A DNA stretch of 64,000 bases, from assembly GCF_009914755.1 (NCBI RefSeq), contig NC_060933.1. One strand, 5' to 3'. A model generated the notes under the pieces. That model did no database searches. It saw only the letters and a list, made by a program, of their open reading frames with translations, and was not told the origin of the DNA. The translations under genes and the position numbers were made by a program. Positions 43,446 through 59,029 of this stretch are shown piece by piece (position 1 is the stretch's first letter; the number at the start of each line of letters is the position of its first letter). This stretch comes from the human T2T-CHM13v2.0 reference genome, Homo sapiens.

Positions 43446-46400
43446 CTGCCTTCCACTCCAAATCCTCTGTAGTGAGTTATCCAGAGTTAGTCTATCCATG
43501 TTCAAAATGATGAAGTAACATGAGCCATCAGCAGCAGTCACTAGAGGTAGCAAGATGATTGAAGAATGCGGGGGTGGGTAGAGAGCAAAAAACAAGGCAG
43601 AACTACACTCCTGGAGTTCTTGAGGTGGTTTCACTTCCTGCCCTGTACTAAGCTTCATGAGGATTAATGACAAGGAAGTGTTCTGTTTCCAAAACAGAGA
43701 AAGTATCACATCTCTTGTAAGGTTTAGAATTCACTCCGTCTCAAAAATAAAAAATCCCTTTTAGCCAAAGTCTTAGAGTTACAAATACCCTACAACCCTA
43801 GGGTCAGGTTGCTTGAGGGAAGGCTGTGCCAGGCTGGTGTCCTCTGAAAAGAATCAGGAGGAGAAAGGGAGCTTCCTCCTGCAGTGGACAGCCTGAGGCT
43901 GGCTGCTTGTTCCAGCCCCCATGGCCACTGCAGAAGACACACCTGTCCTTCCAACTGCGCAGCTTCCCAGCCCTCAAATCAACCTCCAACAGCAGGCCAC
44001 TGGGAGTGCAAGGGCAGTTTCGGCTATTTCTCTTTCTTCTCTTCAAAGGTGATTTTCTTTAAACTGTACAGCTTGTTACTATTGTTGAGTTGTGGCTCCC
44101 CAGAGGATTATATATGTTTCTAAGTATGAAGGCATCTGTATGGCAATAAAACATGCAACATTCCCCAACCACTTCATTTTTTAATTCAGAAAAACTAGTT
44201 ATAAACTCCCACAAACTGATGTTCTGAAGAGCACCCCATGCCCTGCACCCACACAAGCCTTTCAAAATACTGAGGAACTCAGAAGGGCCCTGGGCCTAGG
44301 AAAGAGCAGACTCCCTGGCCCATCCTCTATGTTCAGCTTCTGACAGATGCCATGTTCTGAGACCCACAGTCGGTGAAATTATCAATCTGCCTTAGCAGTG
44401 GGGCCTTCTGCCAACTGACCATCCAGAGAATAACAAGAACAACACAGTATCCAGCTTACTTTTAAGGAGAAGAATTAAAAAGAAATCAAACAGTTCCAGA
44501 GAGACAGAAACACTCAAAAGGCAAAGGAAAGTCCTCTGTTAAACGGTATGAAAGACCCAGGTTTCCAGAATGGCATTTAAGGCACTGGGAAGAAAGGCTG
44601 ATTTCTCCCAGAGGGGCCCCGGCTTTGATGCCCAACTGCCCTCAAACATCAGGCTGTGCATTTTTGTATAGCAGGGTACCCTCGGGCGAGACAACCATAA
44701 ACAGCTTAAAACAAGAATAGGAGATTCCATCTGTTTCTGGAATATTTCAGCAGCACCTGCTTTCAAGGTAAAAATCTGGGAGCTGTCCCCACAGCCTTCC
44801 TCCCCGACTCCCTCCCCCACCTCCCAAACACTTATTTTAAACTAAAGCAGCTAACACACAACCCAAAAGGGCTTCTGCCACCGCACCTGCCTGAGGAAAC
44901 AGAGTCCTTTGATTTTATTCCTGAACTGTATGTGTTGTTTAAAAACACTGGAACAGTCAGCAAGGAAAGCCAAAGTTCTTAAAGCCAGACTCCTTTATTA
45001 CTTCTAGCTTCTTTTTTGCTCCGTGGAAATGGAGCTTTTCTGTGTTTCGAGTGAAAATGAATGTAACACAGCTGAGAATGGATGCAATGGTCATTCCAGT
45101 CTTGAGATCAGAAAGTGCTCCAGAAGGAAGAAGGTTGTCACTGAACACCACTCAGGTTTAGAATCAAGTCCATATGCCAACTAGCATGGAAGAAGGGATA
45201 ATCACTATCCTTGTTTTTAAAAGAAAACAAAAAAACCCCCTGCAGTTGAGGTTTGAAAAATCCAGTCTAAATCTGGGTGCTACCTCCAAAGTGACACGCA
45301 ACATCCCTTCAAACAATAACCAGAAAAACCCAAGCACATTTCACATTCAAAAAATCACTTTTGCCTTGGTCTAAAAACATCATCATCTCTAATGTCTACC
45401 CGAAACCAGCTGACAGTATTCCATTTGCTACCGGATAAATCTAAAATCTTGAGCACGCCCCAGAAGCACTCACAATTGGACCCCAGACTTCGATGGTATC
45501 ATCTCTTGCTATTGCTCCCTCACTGCATTCTCAGCATCCTTTCATCTTGCTATACCTTTCATTTCTTGGGGACTTTGTGTATCAGTTCTCACTGCCTAGA
45601 GAGCTGTTCTCCCATTTTCCTCCAGCCAAGCCCCCACTCATTCTGCAAGACTCAGTTTAACTGGAACTCATCAGCAACACTTTCCCTTATTCTCAAGTTA
45701 GAGATGGGCACTGTCTAATCTGTGACTTTGAAGAACCTTACACATAAATATGTTTTCTTAAAACAACACTGATCGCATTATGTTTTCATTACTTGTTTAC
45801 ATTTTCCCACCCCAAAGATTGAGCAGTTCCTAAAAGAGTGAGGGTAGCAGAAGTGCAGTGGGAGATGGATATCAAAATCAGAGGTGGTCCATGAACAGTG
45901 CACCTAGAAGCACATTAGATTTTATATTTGGTAAATGACAAGAAATACTTTTTTTTTTCATTTTGTACTACCAAGTTCAGAAAGTTCAGCTCATCAAAAT
46001 CTTGGATGAGTGTGATATCTGAAGAGTTTTCAAATGGAGATCTGGGGCTAGATCTCTGTGTTCATGTTAAGGGACCTTGAAACAAGTGAAGGCCAGAGAC
46101 CAAGTGTTATGTATTGCCCATTCTGGGTATATACTAGGTACTCAGATACTTTTTAATTGAATAAAAATTTAAAAAGTTAAACTAAAAAAATTTAGACAGC
46201 ATCTTGAGGAAAAAAGTTTTTTCTTTCCAAAATGTATAATAAAATTAGTTTTATTTGGGTGTAAGGACAGTTACTCAATCTTTCTTAAGAGCTTCAATAA
46301 GATCCCAATGGAAGCAGGAGAAAACTGTAGGGCAAATATTTGTGTAGTTCCTTTATAAAAGACAAAAGGTATTTAATTATTGTATGACATATCTCCCCAT

Positions 46401-48919
46401 AACCCTCAAACACAAATTTAAACCTTTGAACTCCTGTGTTCCTTCTGTTGATCCAGAACTAGAAGTTGGCTAGAAATCGCATCTTTCATTACAGTTTTGG
46501 CCTTGATGGAGTATGTGCCATTGGGGCAAATCAAATATCAAGTGCCATAACAAATTTCAATTCTAGGTCACTTTGTTTTATAATATTTAAAGATTTCAGA
46601 GGTAAATGCATATATTGCATCAGACTCAGATGGTACAATATGAAAATGCTAAAATGCTCTCACATCCCTGTGTTTATGATGGAGACTAACTAATCCGTAA
46701 CTACTGTTCTCCTAGCTGGTGTTTTTAATTTAGTATCAACTCCCATCCAGGAACTCATTAAATAATGTGGCAAATCTCAAGGAGGAGTAAAATTCTTCAG
46801 TGGCAGGAACTAGTCAACCATGGGAGGAAATAATGCATTTGATTTATAGTGGCATTTGTGTTAATAGGACTTGTTTGGTACGACTAGGTTTCTGCCAAGG
46901 TTAGCTGGTAATAAGAGTTCATACCAAAGTTTCTAATGTTTTTTAATAAACATGGGCTTATTTCCCCATTCATTCCTTCATAAAACAAGTACTAGCTAAG
47001 TCCTTGTCCTTGAAGAGTTCCCAGACTAGCTGGGAATGTCAGCTATGTGCCAGAATATTCTTCAATAAACTTTGGATGTATTTGTGGGAGGAGAAAAAAA
47101 CATAAAAATTCCCAGCCTTCATGGAGCTCATGCCCTAGTGGGGAGGAACAGAAAATAAAAAGGAACCTAATAAGTAGGTTATGTTGCACAAAGGGTGTCT
47201 AAAAACCTTTCATTGTGAAATTAAGTTTAAATTTTAAAATACAGATGGCTTAACCCTTCATGGACAAAATGTCTATCACTCAATATTGAACCTCCATTGT
47301 GAGATTAAAAGGTGCATCTCTTACAACTAGCATGAAATGAGTTTGGTAATGTGAACTACACTTCTTCCAACAACTATTTCTTATTTCCTCTCTGAATTTA
47401 CGTCCCATGACACCTGTCCTCTCATTCAAAGTCTTTGGTGCCCTGCCCTCCCATTCTTGATGCATTTCCCTGTCTCTGATCCCAATGCACACAATATCTT
47501 GGATAAGCACTACACTAACTGCTGGAGATGCATGCATAGTTAATTAAGATCCAGCCTTTACCCCTGAAGAGTTGACCTTCCAATAGGAGGAAAACAAAGG
47601 AGGACCAAGGTTATGAGTGTGTAACTAAAGAATGCAAAGCACGCTGGGTGTGCCAGAGAGGGAATGATTACCTCTACATGGGGAAGGCTACTCTGCAGAG
47701 GTGCCTAGGCTGAGTCTGGGAGGATGGGTAAACATGTGAAAGCAGAGACTGTTGAGTGGTTCACATGGACCAGAAAGCATAGAAGTTTGGAATGTCAGAC
47801 AAGGAGGAAGTGAAGCTAAATCCTGGAACCACAGGGGCTACGTCTGCACAGATGCCATAACTGAGAGCTACATCCCTTGAGAAGAAATGGAAAGCAAAAG
47901 TAGAGGTAGTTTATGAGCAGACTTGAGCCACAGCCCTGGGCACACTGTGAAGGGTGATTGGACCTCAAGGCACAGGTTAACTAAAGAGAAAGTATCTAAA
48001 GGAAGCAAGGAGACTGAGCAGCAGAAGAGGACAATACAACAATGTAACCTAGACCCAAACTGAGCTCTCATTCTCTTGGCAGACCTCTCCACTCCCCAGT
48101 GGATACACCGTCAACCAGTCATCCAGCTTTAACAGTAAACCCTTCCATTTACATGCTAGTCTCAGCCTAGCAATGTTCCCAAACCCAACAGAGGGAAAGT
48201 GTCAGTGGGTGTGCCCTTTATTTCCACACAAGCTGGAAAAGATAGCTTCTCTACCCTCATATTAAATACTCATAAAATTCATGTTCCACAATTCATCTAG
48301 GACTCTTTTATTTTTAGCCACAGTCACTATCCTCTGGCACTAGAAAAGCAACAGCAAGACGACACTATGCCTTGGGATCATTCTGTGTATTAGATACAGC
48401 ATACTGTATTGTGATCATCCATCTCCCCAGCTAGTCTGGGAACTACTCAAGGACAGTGACTAGCTAATAGTAGGAATTCAATTAAGAACTGACACACAAA
48501 TGAATGAATTAACCCACCGAATTTTTCTCCATAGTTCTAACCTACTATAACAGATTTAAAAAACACATCAATTGCTGCCATTTTTCATTCTAAAGGATGA
48601 AAGCACGAAGACTATTCAACTGGCTTCTCACAAATATGAAATCCAGGACCCTACTTGTATAGGCACACAAAGTCACACATCAGAATCAGAGACAAGCAAA
48701 TTCAAATGTAAATTTTTAAATGAATACTTTTATCAAAATTTGCTGAGTGATAGTGCCAGTTTAGAATATACATATACATACACACACACAGCTTAGAAAG
48801 AAACACTGTAACCCAAACATATTATAGAGAAAAACCTTTTTGCAAAACTCTAAGAACTCAGTTTAAGCCTCACCACCTCCAAATGAATACATAGTTCACC
48901 TTGGACAACACAGGCTTGA

Positions 48920-49267
<348 letters not shown>

Positions 49268-49716
49268 AATATGTGGATTTTTTTAAAGTAAAAGTTATAC
49301 CTTCCTCTCCTGCCTCCCTTCCTCCTCTTCCACCTCAGCCTCCCAAACTGCTAGGATTACAGGAGTGAGCCCACGTGCCTGGCCAATATGTGGATTTTTT
49401 AAAGTAAAAGTTATACCTTCCTCTCCTGCCTCCCTTCCACCTCTTCCACCTCTGCTATCCCTGAGACAGCAAGACCAACCCCTCCTCTTCTTCCTCGGTG
49501 TGAAGATGCTGAGGATGAAGGCCTTTATGATGATCCACTTCCACTTAATGAACAGTACATATATTTTCTCTTCCTTATGATTTTCTTAATAACTTTTCCC
49601 TTCCTTAATTATTGTAAGAATACAGTATATAAGACATGCAACATACAAATATGTGTTAGTCAACTGTTTATGTTACAGGTAAGGCTACCAGTAAACAGTA
49701 GGCTATGGAATAGTAG

Positions 49717-50035
<319 letters not shown>

Positions 50036-51526
50036 ATAGTTGAGTTTTTGAGGAGTCAAAGTTATATGTGGATTTTCAACTGTGTGAGGGTACCAGTACC
50101 CTTAAACCCATATTGTTCAAGGGTCAACTGTATAAATATGCAGTGGCCTGGCCAGGGCTGAAATATAACAGACAAAACTGAAAGAGAAATTTTTCTTTAA
50201 AAAGAAAAAGACTGCACTGTTCAATCCAAATGTAAATAATCATTTACATCAAATTCTAATGCTCTGGGCAGGTAATTCTTGGGCCTGGGCTACTAAGGCG
50301 TGCTTGAGAACAACAGAACACACAGAATCTCCCAAAGCAGCCTCCTTCCTAAAGCCTCCCCAGCAGTCATCCTCCTGTGCCCAGGTTACAAATGCTATGC
50401 TTGGTGCAGAAGAGAGTCGACTTCACTGATTAAAAGCACTAATGATACTAAGATTTGTGTAGAGAAATGCAAATGTATAGCAGTCCAGATTGACAGTTAG
50501 TGAGCTTGGGAACTTCCAAAGTCAGCCCCTCCTCCCCTGTGGTGTGAGGGTGTGTGGGTTTGGGGAACAGAAGTCAGTGGGGGAGTCTTTTCTTGATGAG
50601 AAGAAGAAAGTGCAGAGACTAGTGCCGCAGAGAGCTACCCTTTCTGGAATCCATAGAGGGTCTGGCCTTTTATTCCCAGGCCCAGGCCCAACCCAAGCCT
50701 GGGGGCCCGGGTTTTGTCATGGGCACCTCCTGCTGCTGTGCCCTGGCTGTTCCACATGAGCAGAGAGAGACAGGAGGCAGGCCCCTCTGACACCTACTTA
50801 ACCAAGGCAGATGGAGAGGGGAGCATGGGGGATGCCTTTACTTCCCCCTCAGGAGGAGCCCAGCAGGAGTCCACAGAGCCAGCAGCTCCAAAATCGGATT
50901 TCCACACATCCTCCCACCTCAGAACATGCCTTACCCCTCTGGCAGGAGGAAACAGAGCCTTAAGCAAGTGTGGCTCTGGTGTATGAGGGGCTTTTAGAAG
51001 ACCTGAAGAAGCCTTCTTACACGATTCTTAATTTTTTCAAACCTCTACAGAGGTAGCCAAAATGGGACACAGTTCTTCATTCACCGACCCAAAGGGGGCA
51101 AGGGTGTTACTTTAAGGCGGACACAGTCTGTGTCTGCAAGATGTCCTGAGCTACAGACACATACTTTATTAATAATCTTACATACACAAAATGTCCAAGA
51201 GAAAGTCTAACAGGCTAATTTCTGACAGCTCCAGATAACAGCAGAAGGCACTGAAGCCACACTGACTCTCTGGCTTCCACAAACTACTCAGAAGAGATGG
51301 TCCCCTTTCCCACCCAAGGGATGTGATACAAATAAATAAATACAATTATCTGCAGAACTTACAGTGCAAGAACAACACTGTGAAGTCCTTCTCCCCAAAT
51401 GCAGTGACTTGTGGGAAACAGATAGGAAAATGAAATGAACAGCTGGAAGATTTAATTACGGAAGAGCAATGCAGAAGCTGACATTGCTTCAGAGAACAAG
51501 CCAACAGCCCAAGCCTTCTCCCTTAC

Positions 51527-51646
51527 CTTAAGATACAGAAGCAGCTCTTCGCTCCTGAAGATAAGCGGCAGAACCCGAATCTCTGTTTGCTGTCAATGTC
51601 AGTGAGCACGAATGTGAAGTTCTGGCCAACTTGGCTAACTGTGAGG
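51527..51646 (-). CDS. DENND1A: DENND1A coding exon (probably exon 5), 120 nt, (S)[39 protein letters not shown](S)
   Basis: cctttgctgcag|CCTCACAGTT...ATCTTAAG|gtaagg, phase 2->2. It joins in frame to the 50-nt exon (AG+C=Ser), carries the FTFVLTD..QRFGFC uDENN motif and lies within ORF 51523..51714. Confidence 0.97.
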
Positions 51647-52622
51647 CTGCAGCAAAGGCAGAACAAAGGGGAAAATGAATGTGCAGTAAGTTTCTTGATA
51701 AAGTATCTAATCACAATGAGTCGTTGAACTTATAACATTTCCTCTCTCAGTGGAACTCTTAAAATTTACACATTTCAAGGGAACAGACTGTAAGCTAGTT
51801 AAAAAAAAAAAAAAAAAAAAGACAGCCAGCAGCCTATTCTAGTGACCACCTCAGAAATCAAATAATCAGAGCTATCATACCTTCTCCTTACTGAGTTCAG
51901 TCTCTGAGGCAGCTCTGTTAGTCAGCCCATCAATTCCGAAAGGTGCCCTCTATTAACCTCATTTTGCTGATGAAGAAATAGTCTAGAGAGGCATTGCCTA
52001 AGGTCAGCTGATCAGTGGCAAAAAGCTGGATTTTAACCCTCGCGCTGATTCCACAGGCCACTCTACCAGCTTGCTGCTAACAATCCTCACCTGAGAACTT
52101 CCCTAGTTCAGAAAATAAGAGTGCTTGCCAGAGCAAAAGGTAAATGTTACTATGTGCCAGCCACAAAGTTAGACATCATATATGCGTAGACCATCTCCCT
52201 GACTCTCAGGACAACCATGGAATTTAGAGGATGTTCCCATTTTACAGAAAAGGAAACTAAGGACCAGAATACATCCTTAGTAACTGAATCACGTTCACAC
52301 AGCTACAAAGAGGAGGAGCTGAAATTGAAACTGGAAAGAAAACAGGGCAAGCTTAGGTGTTACTTTCCTAAATTCCTATATCTTTCATAATTTCTGAATT
52401 TATGAGAAACATATTTCCTATTTTAGAGGACAGAAATAACCAAAATGTCTAGCATTGCATGGTGTTTTCTAAGAAATGGAAACAACATTTTAAAGAAAGA
52501 CGTTAAAGGAAAAAAGCTAAAAATATATCAATACAAAAATTTAAAAACCACACATAAACGCAACATTAAAATATCTATTTTTAAAAATTTTAAAAACAAT
52601 ACTAATCAGATTACAGAAACTC

Positions 52623-52924
<302 letters not shown>

Positions 52925-53236
52925 AAACTCTTTTTTTAAAGTTGTAAAATGTCTAAAAATCCAGTTTTTAAAATCAGTTTACCAGTTAGCTTGGATTTCA
53001 TTCCATTTTAAAAATTTAAACATCCCGCTTCCGTCACAGTTATGGCGGCTAAGGCTACCACCTACTTGCCCAGCTGTTGCTGCTAGAGCTTGTAGACAAA
53101 TGTATAGGCTCAAGAATTCACATTGTGGTGAAGAGTCATTAAGAAATCGTGGGTACTCTTCTAGGAGTTGATGACTTTGTCAAGATGGACTAGAAGAGGT
53201 CACTGAGTTTGAAATCACACCAGAAGGAAGAAGTAC

Positions 53237-53533
53237 TATTGTTGTTATTATTATTACTATTACTTTGAGACACAGTCTTGTTCTGTCACCCAGGCTGGGG
53301 TACAGTGGCACAATATTGGCTCACTGCAACCTCTGCCTCCCGGGTTCAAGTGATTCTCATGTCTCAGCCTCCTGAGTAGCTGGAATTTCAAGCGTGCACC
53401 AACACGCCCAGCTAATTTTTGCATTTTTAGTAGACAGAAGGTTTTGCCATGTTGGCCAGGCTGGTCTCAAACTCCTGGCCTTAAGTGATCCGCTTGCCTC
53501 AGCCTCTCAAAGTGCTGGGATTACCGCCTGGCC
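53237..53533 (-). mobile_element. Alu (Sx/Jb-like) with a deletion near its 5' end
   Basis: (TTA)n tail; gggattaccgcctggcc lacks aggcgtgagcc; TSD aggaagaagta. Confidence 0.88.
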
Positions 53534-56414
53534 AGGAAGAAGTATAATTAAATTAGAGCAGATTTTGCTAAGTGGAAATAATATAACAATGCTAGTTCCT
53601 GTCAGAGAAGAACCTGAAGAGTGAATGGGTTTCCCTACCTTATGCTAGATTCAGTTTTGTCTTATAATGGCAACAAAATAGAATTTGCTTTTTACCTTTA
53701 AATGCTTAGATCCCATAAAGCTAAATTTCGCATTCAAGGGAAATCCTTTGAAGATGTATATCCATTTTTGTAAGTTACAGTAATTATCTCAGAAAAAGAA
53801 GAAAAGAGTTTTTTCTCTGAAGATTAAAATAAAGGTATTTTTGGTTAAAAAATCCAAATTCTAATACATGAATTTATATTAACGTAATATGCTAGAATTC
53901 AACACTGAGTTATTCAAAGGAACTCATCAACTCATATTGTATTTTACAAAGTGTATTCAAATTGGTAAAATAGTCAAATCTATGCTATCAATTATTACTT
54001 TATAAATTATCAGAAGAAATTTAAAAATCATGGTTTACCAAGCTTTTTCCAAAGGTAGAATTCTTATTGAGTCTTTGGATATGATATGAATAAAGTTTTC
54101 AAAGATAGGGTAGACTTTCTAAAACTCCCTTATACAGCCACATAAATAATTAAAATTAAAGGAATTTTCAAGGTATTCCAATACAAAGGTCAATGGACTC
54201 TGCCTGGTCATATTTAAGGAGACAACTCCATCTCTTAGAGAGTGGTTAGAGAGTACAAGAAAATAATTCAGAAAGAAAAAGTGTTCCACTCTCCTTATTT
54301 AACTAGGAAGGTGAACAAAAACAAGGTGGCAATTTAAAAGCAACGTGGTCATAAAGCAGGTGTAAGTAATGCTATCCCTCCACCTTACACAGCCAGGAGA
54401 AGAAACACATTTCTATAAAAGTTATAGGGCCGTCAAGGGGACACCAAACGCTACCTTCCTATGCCTGTTATGTTTTATCCATAAAGCTTGGATACTGTGT
54501 TACTATGGTGATTTAATACTATGTTTTAAAGGGGGATTATATGATTAATTTTAACAAGGTTGAGAACTGAAGATGTGTGAGAAACAGCATTCTAGCTCAC
54601 ATAATTAAAGTGATTGGGGAGAAAAGTGGGCCTCAATGGGGGAGGGGAAATCCTGTTTTATTAAAATATTTAAAGCAACAGGTCTGGATGATTCCAAGTT
54701 ACAAATAAGGTTGTGCTTTTAAGAAACACTACTACGTGATCATACAAAATATGATTGTTCAGTGTTTTAACTCAGGTTTTGATTTCACTTCTAGAATGTT
54801 TAAAATGAATACTAAGTATCATCCTAGAAAGGAAGGGTATCGATAGGACTCGATGAAAAGAAAACACCCAGGATTCTCCAGGAAAAAGACAGAGAATGAA
54901 TGCACCTGACTTGTGAATTGTGTGTCATTAATTTCCTACTCTCTTTTTATTCCTATTAAAAATGCTGGAAATGTGTTTAGCTACCCTACAGGCTCAGAGA
55001 AAGAATCATTACTCATTTACCTGGTTCAAATCCCAACTCAATCACTGACTAAATTTAGCAAGTTACTTAAAACCTTTAAGCACCTGAGTTTCTTCACCTG
55101 GAATAACAATGAGACACTACCATCCAACCCAAAGGATGTTTTGAGAATAAATGGAAAAGAATTTAGTATAAAGGTCAGTCCAGAGTAGGAACAATTAAAA
55201 AGAGGGACGCAAGCTGTTGCCAACTGTGAAAACTAAAACTCACATTAAAAACTAGGCCTTTGCTTAGAATCTTCCTGATTCAGCTTTATAATATCTGTGA
55301 GTAGAGGAAGAAGTCTGCTTTCTTTTCTCTCTTGCCTGTTGCATATTTTTCAGGAAAGGCTAGTCCTCTGGGTGACCAAGTGACTGATGCTTGCCTTACA
55401 GTGAAAAAGATTCTTTTTGGGGTGCCACAGCTTACCAGGAGGTACTTATTCTCAATTGATTCCCTTTTTTAATTCCTGGTAGGGTGAAGTAGAAGTCGAC
55501 AAAAGCCCAAAACCAGTAGGCTCTAAAAGATTGTTTCCTTGGACAATTTCCAATAAACTAAAGGTCTGGCAAGGGAAGTCAAAGAGGTTAACTTAAAAGG
55601 GTTCTGAATCTCCAAGGAATTTATCATTCTCTCTCTCCTACTTGCTGGGGTAGTCTATGGGAGTGTTCACTATTTCTCCATAAAAATGACCTTGGGGAAA
55701 GGGTCTGCTTCCTTAAAGTCTGCAGTTTGAGTTTACCTCAGCATCCATAATTTCCAAAGGAACCAGAGATTTCAGGATGATGGAAGCTAGGAGAAACCAT
55801 CTCACCCAATTCTCATGTTTCACAGATGAGAAAACTGATATTTAGGGTTTACTTTCATTTTGTTTTCCAAGGTTATCAGGACTAGGACAAAAATCCAAGC
55901 CAACTTCTGGTTCAAAGTCCTTTCCATTCTGCCACGCTGCACTAAACACAATGAAAATCCTCCCTGGGAAGCTTTCAACTCGGTTTAAGGAACTAAGGTA
56001 TGCGAGGAATTCAGATAGTTGTCTTAACAAAAAACCATATTTTTCACTAAGCTAGGGAGACCACATTTGAAGTTCTCCAGAAATAAACCCAGGAGACCAG
56101 GGCCAAGACCAGCCTTAGCTGTGCTTCTTGTAGCTTCCCGTGCCTAGGTGAATATGAAAAACAAGGGAGAAAAGCAATAGCTATTCAAGCCACAGACCTA
56201 AACCTTCATGCTTCCTTTTAAATGCCTATCAGCCATTCAGGGCCTCTCCAGTAGCATTTTGCTTAATCTTGAAGTTGTTTACAGGGCCAGTGCATGAATG
56301 GTATGAAGCATGAGGATGGACAGTTTGATTCTAGTCTCCCAGTGAGAAACAAACTTTTACATGTGAGCTTCACTTTAAGTTTCATTATCCATTTTGCAAA
56401 TTGAGCTACAACTA

Positions 56415-57880
56415 CACTGGGCACTGTAACAAGTGCTGGATATACAACACTGAACAATATAGGCAGGGCCCCTGCCTTTGCAGGCTTTCTGTCTAGATAG
56501 AGACAAGTAATAAACAAGTATACCACAAAACATACAGCTTGTAATAGTGGTATTACAAAACCAAAGAAGAAACGAAGATAGAGGAAAATGGAAGGGAAGG
56601 AAAGGCCCTACTGAGATAATGTGGTCAGAGGTAGCTTCTCAGGGATGGCAACAATATTGACCAAAGGATGAAATGGAGCAGCCACTCAAGAAACAGGGCA
56701 CTGGGTTGTTTCAGGCAGAGAAAAGAACTAGGCAGAGATTCTGGGGACTGGAAAGAACTAGTTATGATCAAGGAACCAAAAGGACAGGAGTCCTGCTAAT
56801 GCACAGGAGATAAAGGGGAAAGTGGCATCACATTAAGCTGCTAGATAAAGCAAGCTCCAGATCACACAGAGAGTCCCACAGGTCATGGTAAAGAATTCAG
56901 ATTTTTTTTTTTTTTTTGGCGGTGGGGGGAGGCAATAGAATGCCACTGAATGATTTTGATCAAGAGAAAAACACAGTCTGGTTTATAGCTTCAAATATTT
57001 CAACTGACTTATACAGAGAGCAGTTTGGAAGAAGGTGTAAGTAGGAGTAGAGAAAATAATCTGGAAGTGATTGCAGTAGTCCAGGTGAGACTGGATGGTG
57101 GCTTAACTCATGTAGGGAGAGTAGAGATGGAGAGGGATGGATAGTTCAAGTTATAGTTAGCAGATATGAATGACAGGCTTGCAGATGGACTGGGAATTGG
57201 GGAGCAAAAAGGCAGAATATTACCATTTGAAGATAGGAAAGACTAACAAGTTTGGGGGAAGATCCAAGAGTTCCATTTGGGATATGTTAAGTCTGAGAAG
57301 CCTGTAAAACATCTAAATAGAAATGTCAAGTACAGAGTTGAATACACTAGTTAGGAAATCAGAGGAAACGTTTGGATTGAAACTACAAATTTGGAAGTCA
57401 TCTACAAACAGATGGTATTTAACACCATGGTAAAGACTGGGATCACTTAGGGAGGGAGTTCAGAGAAACAAAAGAGGATCCAGGACTAATTTATAGAAAC
57501 ACCAATTTAGAAGATGGGTGGAGAAGAGACCAAAGAAAGGAGAATAGCCAGCAGAACAAACAAGAGGGAGTGGTCAACTGTATTGATGCATCAAAGATGA
57601 GAAGAAGAAAAAACAATGTCTACTGAATTAAGCAATATGGAGGTTTTAGATGACCTCGATAAAAACAGCTCTAGTTGAATGACAGAAGCAGAAGACAAGC
57701 TGAAGAAGGCTGAAGGATAAGTTGAAGTGTGTAGATAACTCGTTCAAAAAATAGAGAATCAGAAAGCAACTGAGTGGTGGTTATTATTTTTAGGATGAAT
57801 ACCAGAACTTGTTTTTAAGCTGTTGGAAATGATTCAGCAGAGGCAGAGATTTATGATGCAGGACAGAAGAGAAAACATTA
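56415..57880 (-). mobile_element. Long L2 fragment
   Basis: ctgggcactgtaacaagtgctggatatacaacactgaac, gccactgaatgattttg, ttgcagtagtccaggtgagac, gagttccatttgggatatgttaagtctgag. Confidence 0.8.
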
Positions 57881-59029
57881 AGGCCTGGACCTTACATCAG
57901 AATCCCAGACATGTTACTCAGCAGTTATGTGGGCATAGACAAGTTATTATACTTCTCTGATCTCATCTGTAAATCATCAGAATAATCACATCACTTTGCA
58001 GAGTGGTTGCAGATTAGAGATAATGTATACAAGATAACTAGCATATAGTAGGTACCTGACAAAAATGATCATCACTACTGTTATGCAATTATAAAATTCA
58101 AGAGATAGAACTGAAGCATTTTGTCCCCCTCTATGTATTATAGCTTACCGACAATTATCTGTTGTCCATGGCAGGGCACCTAACAGACACTTTTCCTTTC
58201 CTTCAGTGCGTATGAGGCATGAGGCAGGAATGAAGCTTCATCAAACTACCACATCTCCCAGCCTTTAGTTCCGTAAGCCTCAAAGCTTCCTTCCACAAAC
58301 ACACCTTACATCTGCCTAGGCCTCAAGTTTCTCACCTTCCCTGCTCAAAGATCCAAGTGGTGAGAATGACATGGACCCAAAATATGAGGGGACCAACAGT
58401 AAGTGACACACTTCGAGACAGAACGCAATGCCTACCTGCTGGAGAAACTCACCAGACAATTCTAAGAGCAGAGCTCTGTCCATTCCCTCTACATGAGCCT
58501 GACAAAGTCAACATGAAGCATAACTGCAGAATTTAAAAGTATCAAAAGCAGAAGGAACAGCAGAGATTGATGGAATCCAATTCCCTCATTTTATCCATGA
58601 AAAAATGAAGAACCTCAGGGGAGAAGTCACTTGCCTCACAGCACAGAGCAGGGCAGTGGTAAAACCAAAACCAAAACCCAGATCTCCTGCTTGCTGCCTA
58701 CAATAGTCTGTCCACTAAGGCCCAGCTGCTTCGTTGTCATCAACACTGTAGAAAATAATCATGGGGCACAGCTGAACCTATATTGTATGCTAAACCAAGG
58801 GACTTCAAGGGCCCAGTGGGTTCAGGTTTAGAAAGGAGAGCAGGGTGAATCTGCAGAGGAGAGGTCTGGGAAGATAAGATGTTAATACACTGGTCCTATG
58901 TCTGTGTGGGTTTCATTTTTTTCTTTCTCTCAGTTTCCTACTTCTCTACAATAAATATATATTGCTTTATTGCTTTTGAAATAAAACCGTTTGTTAGGCT
59001 ACTTATGCTGTGATGGATCTTATGGAGGC

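Noticed and set aside
51523-51714. 63-aa ORF as a standalone gene
   Set aside because: It is the 120-nt DENND1A exon read through into intron on both sides; the splice sites define the real coding part.
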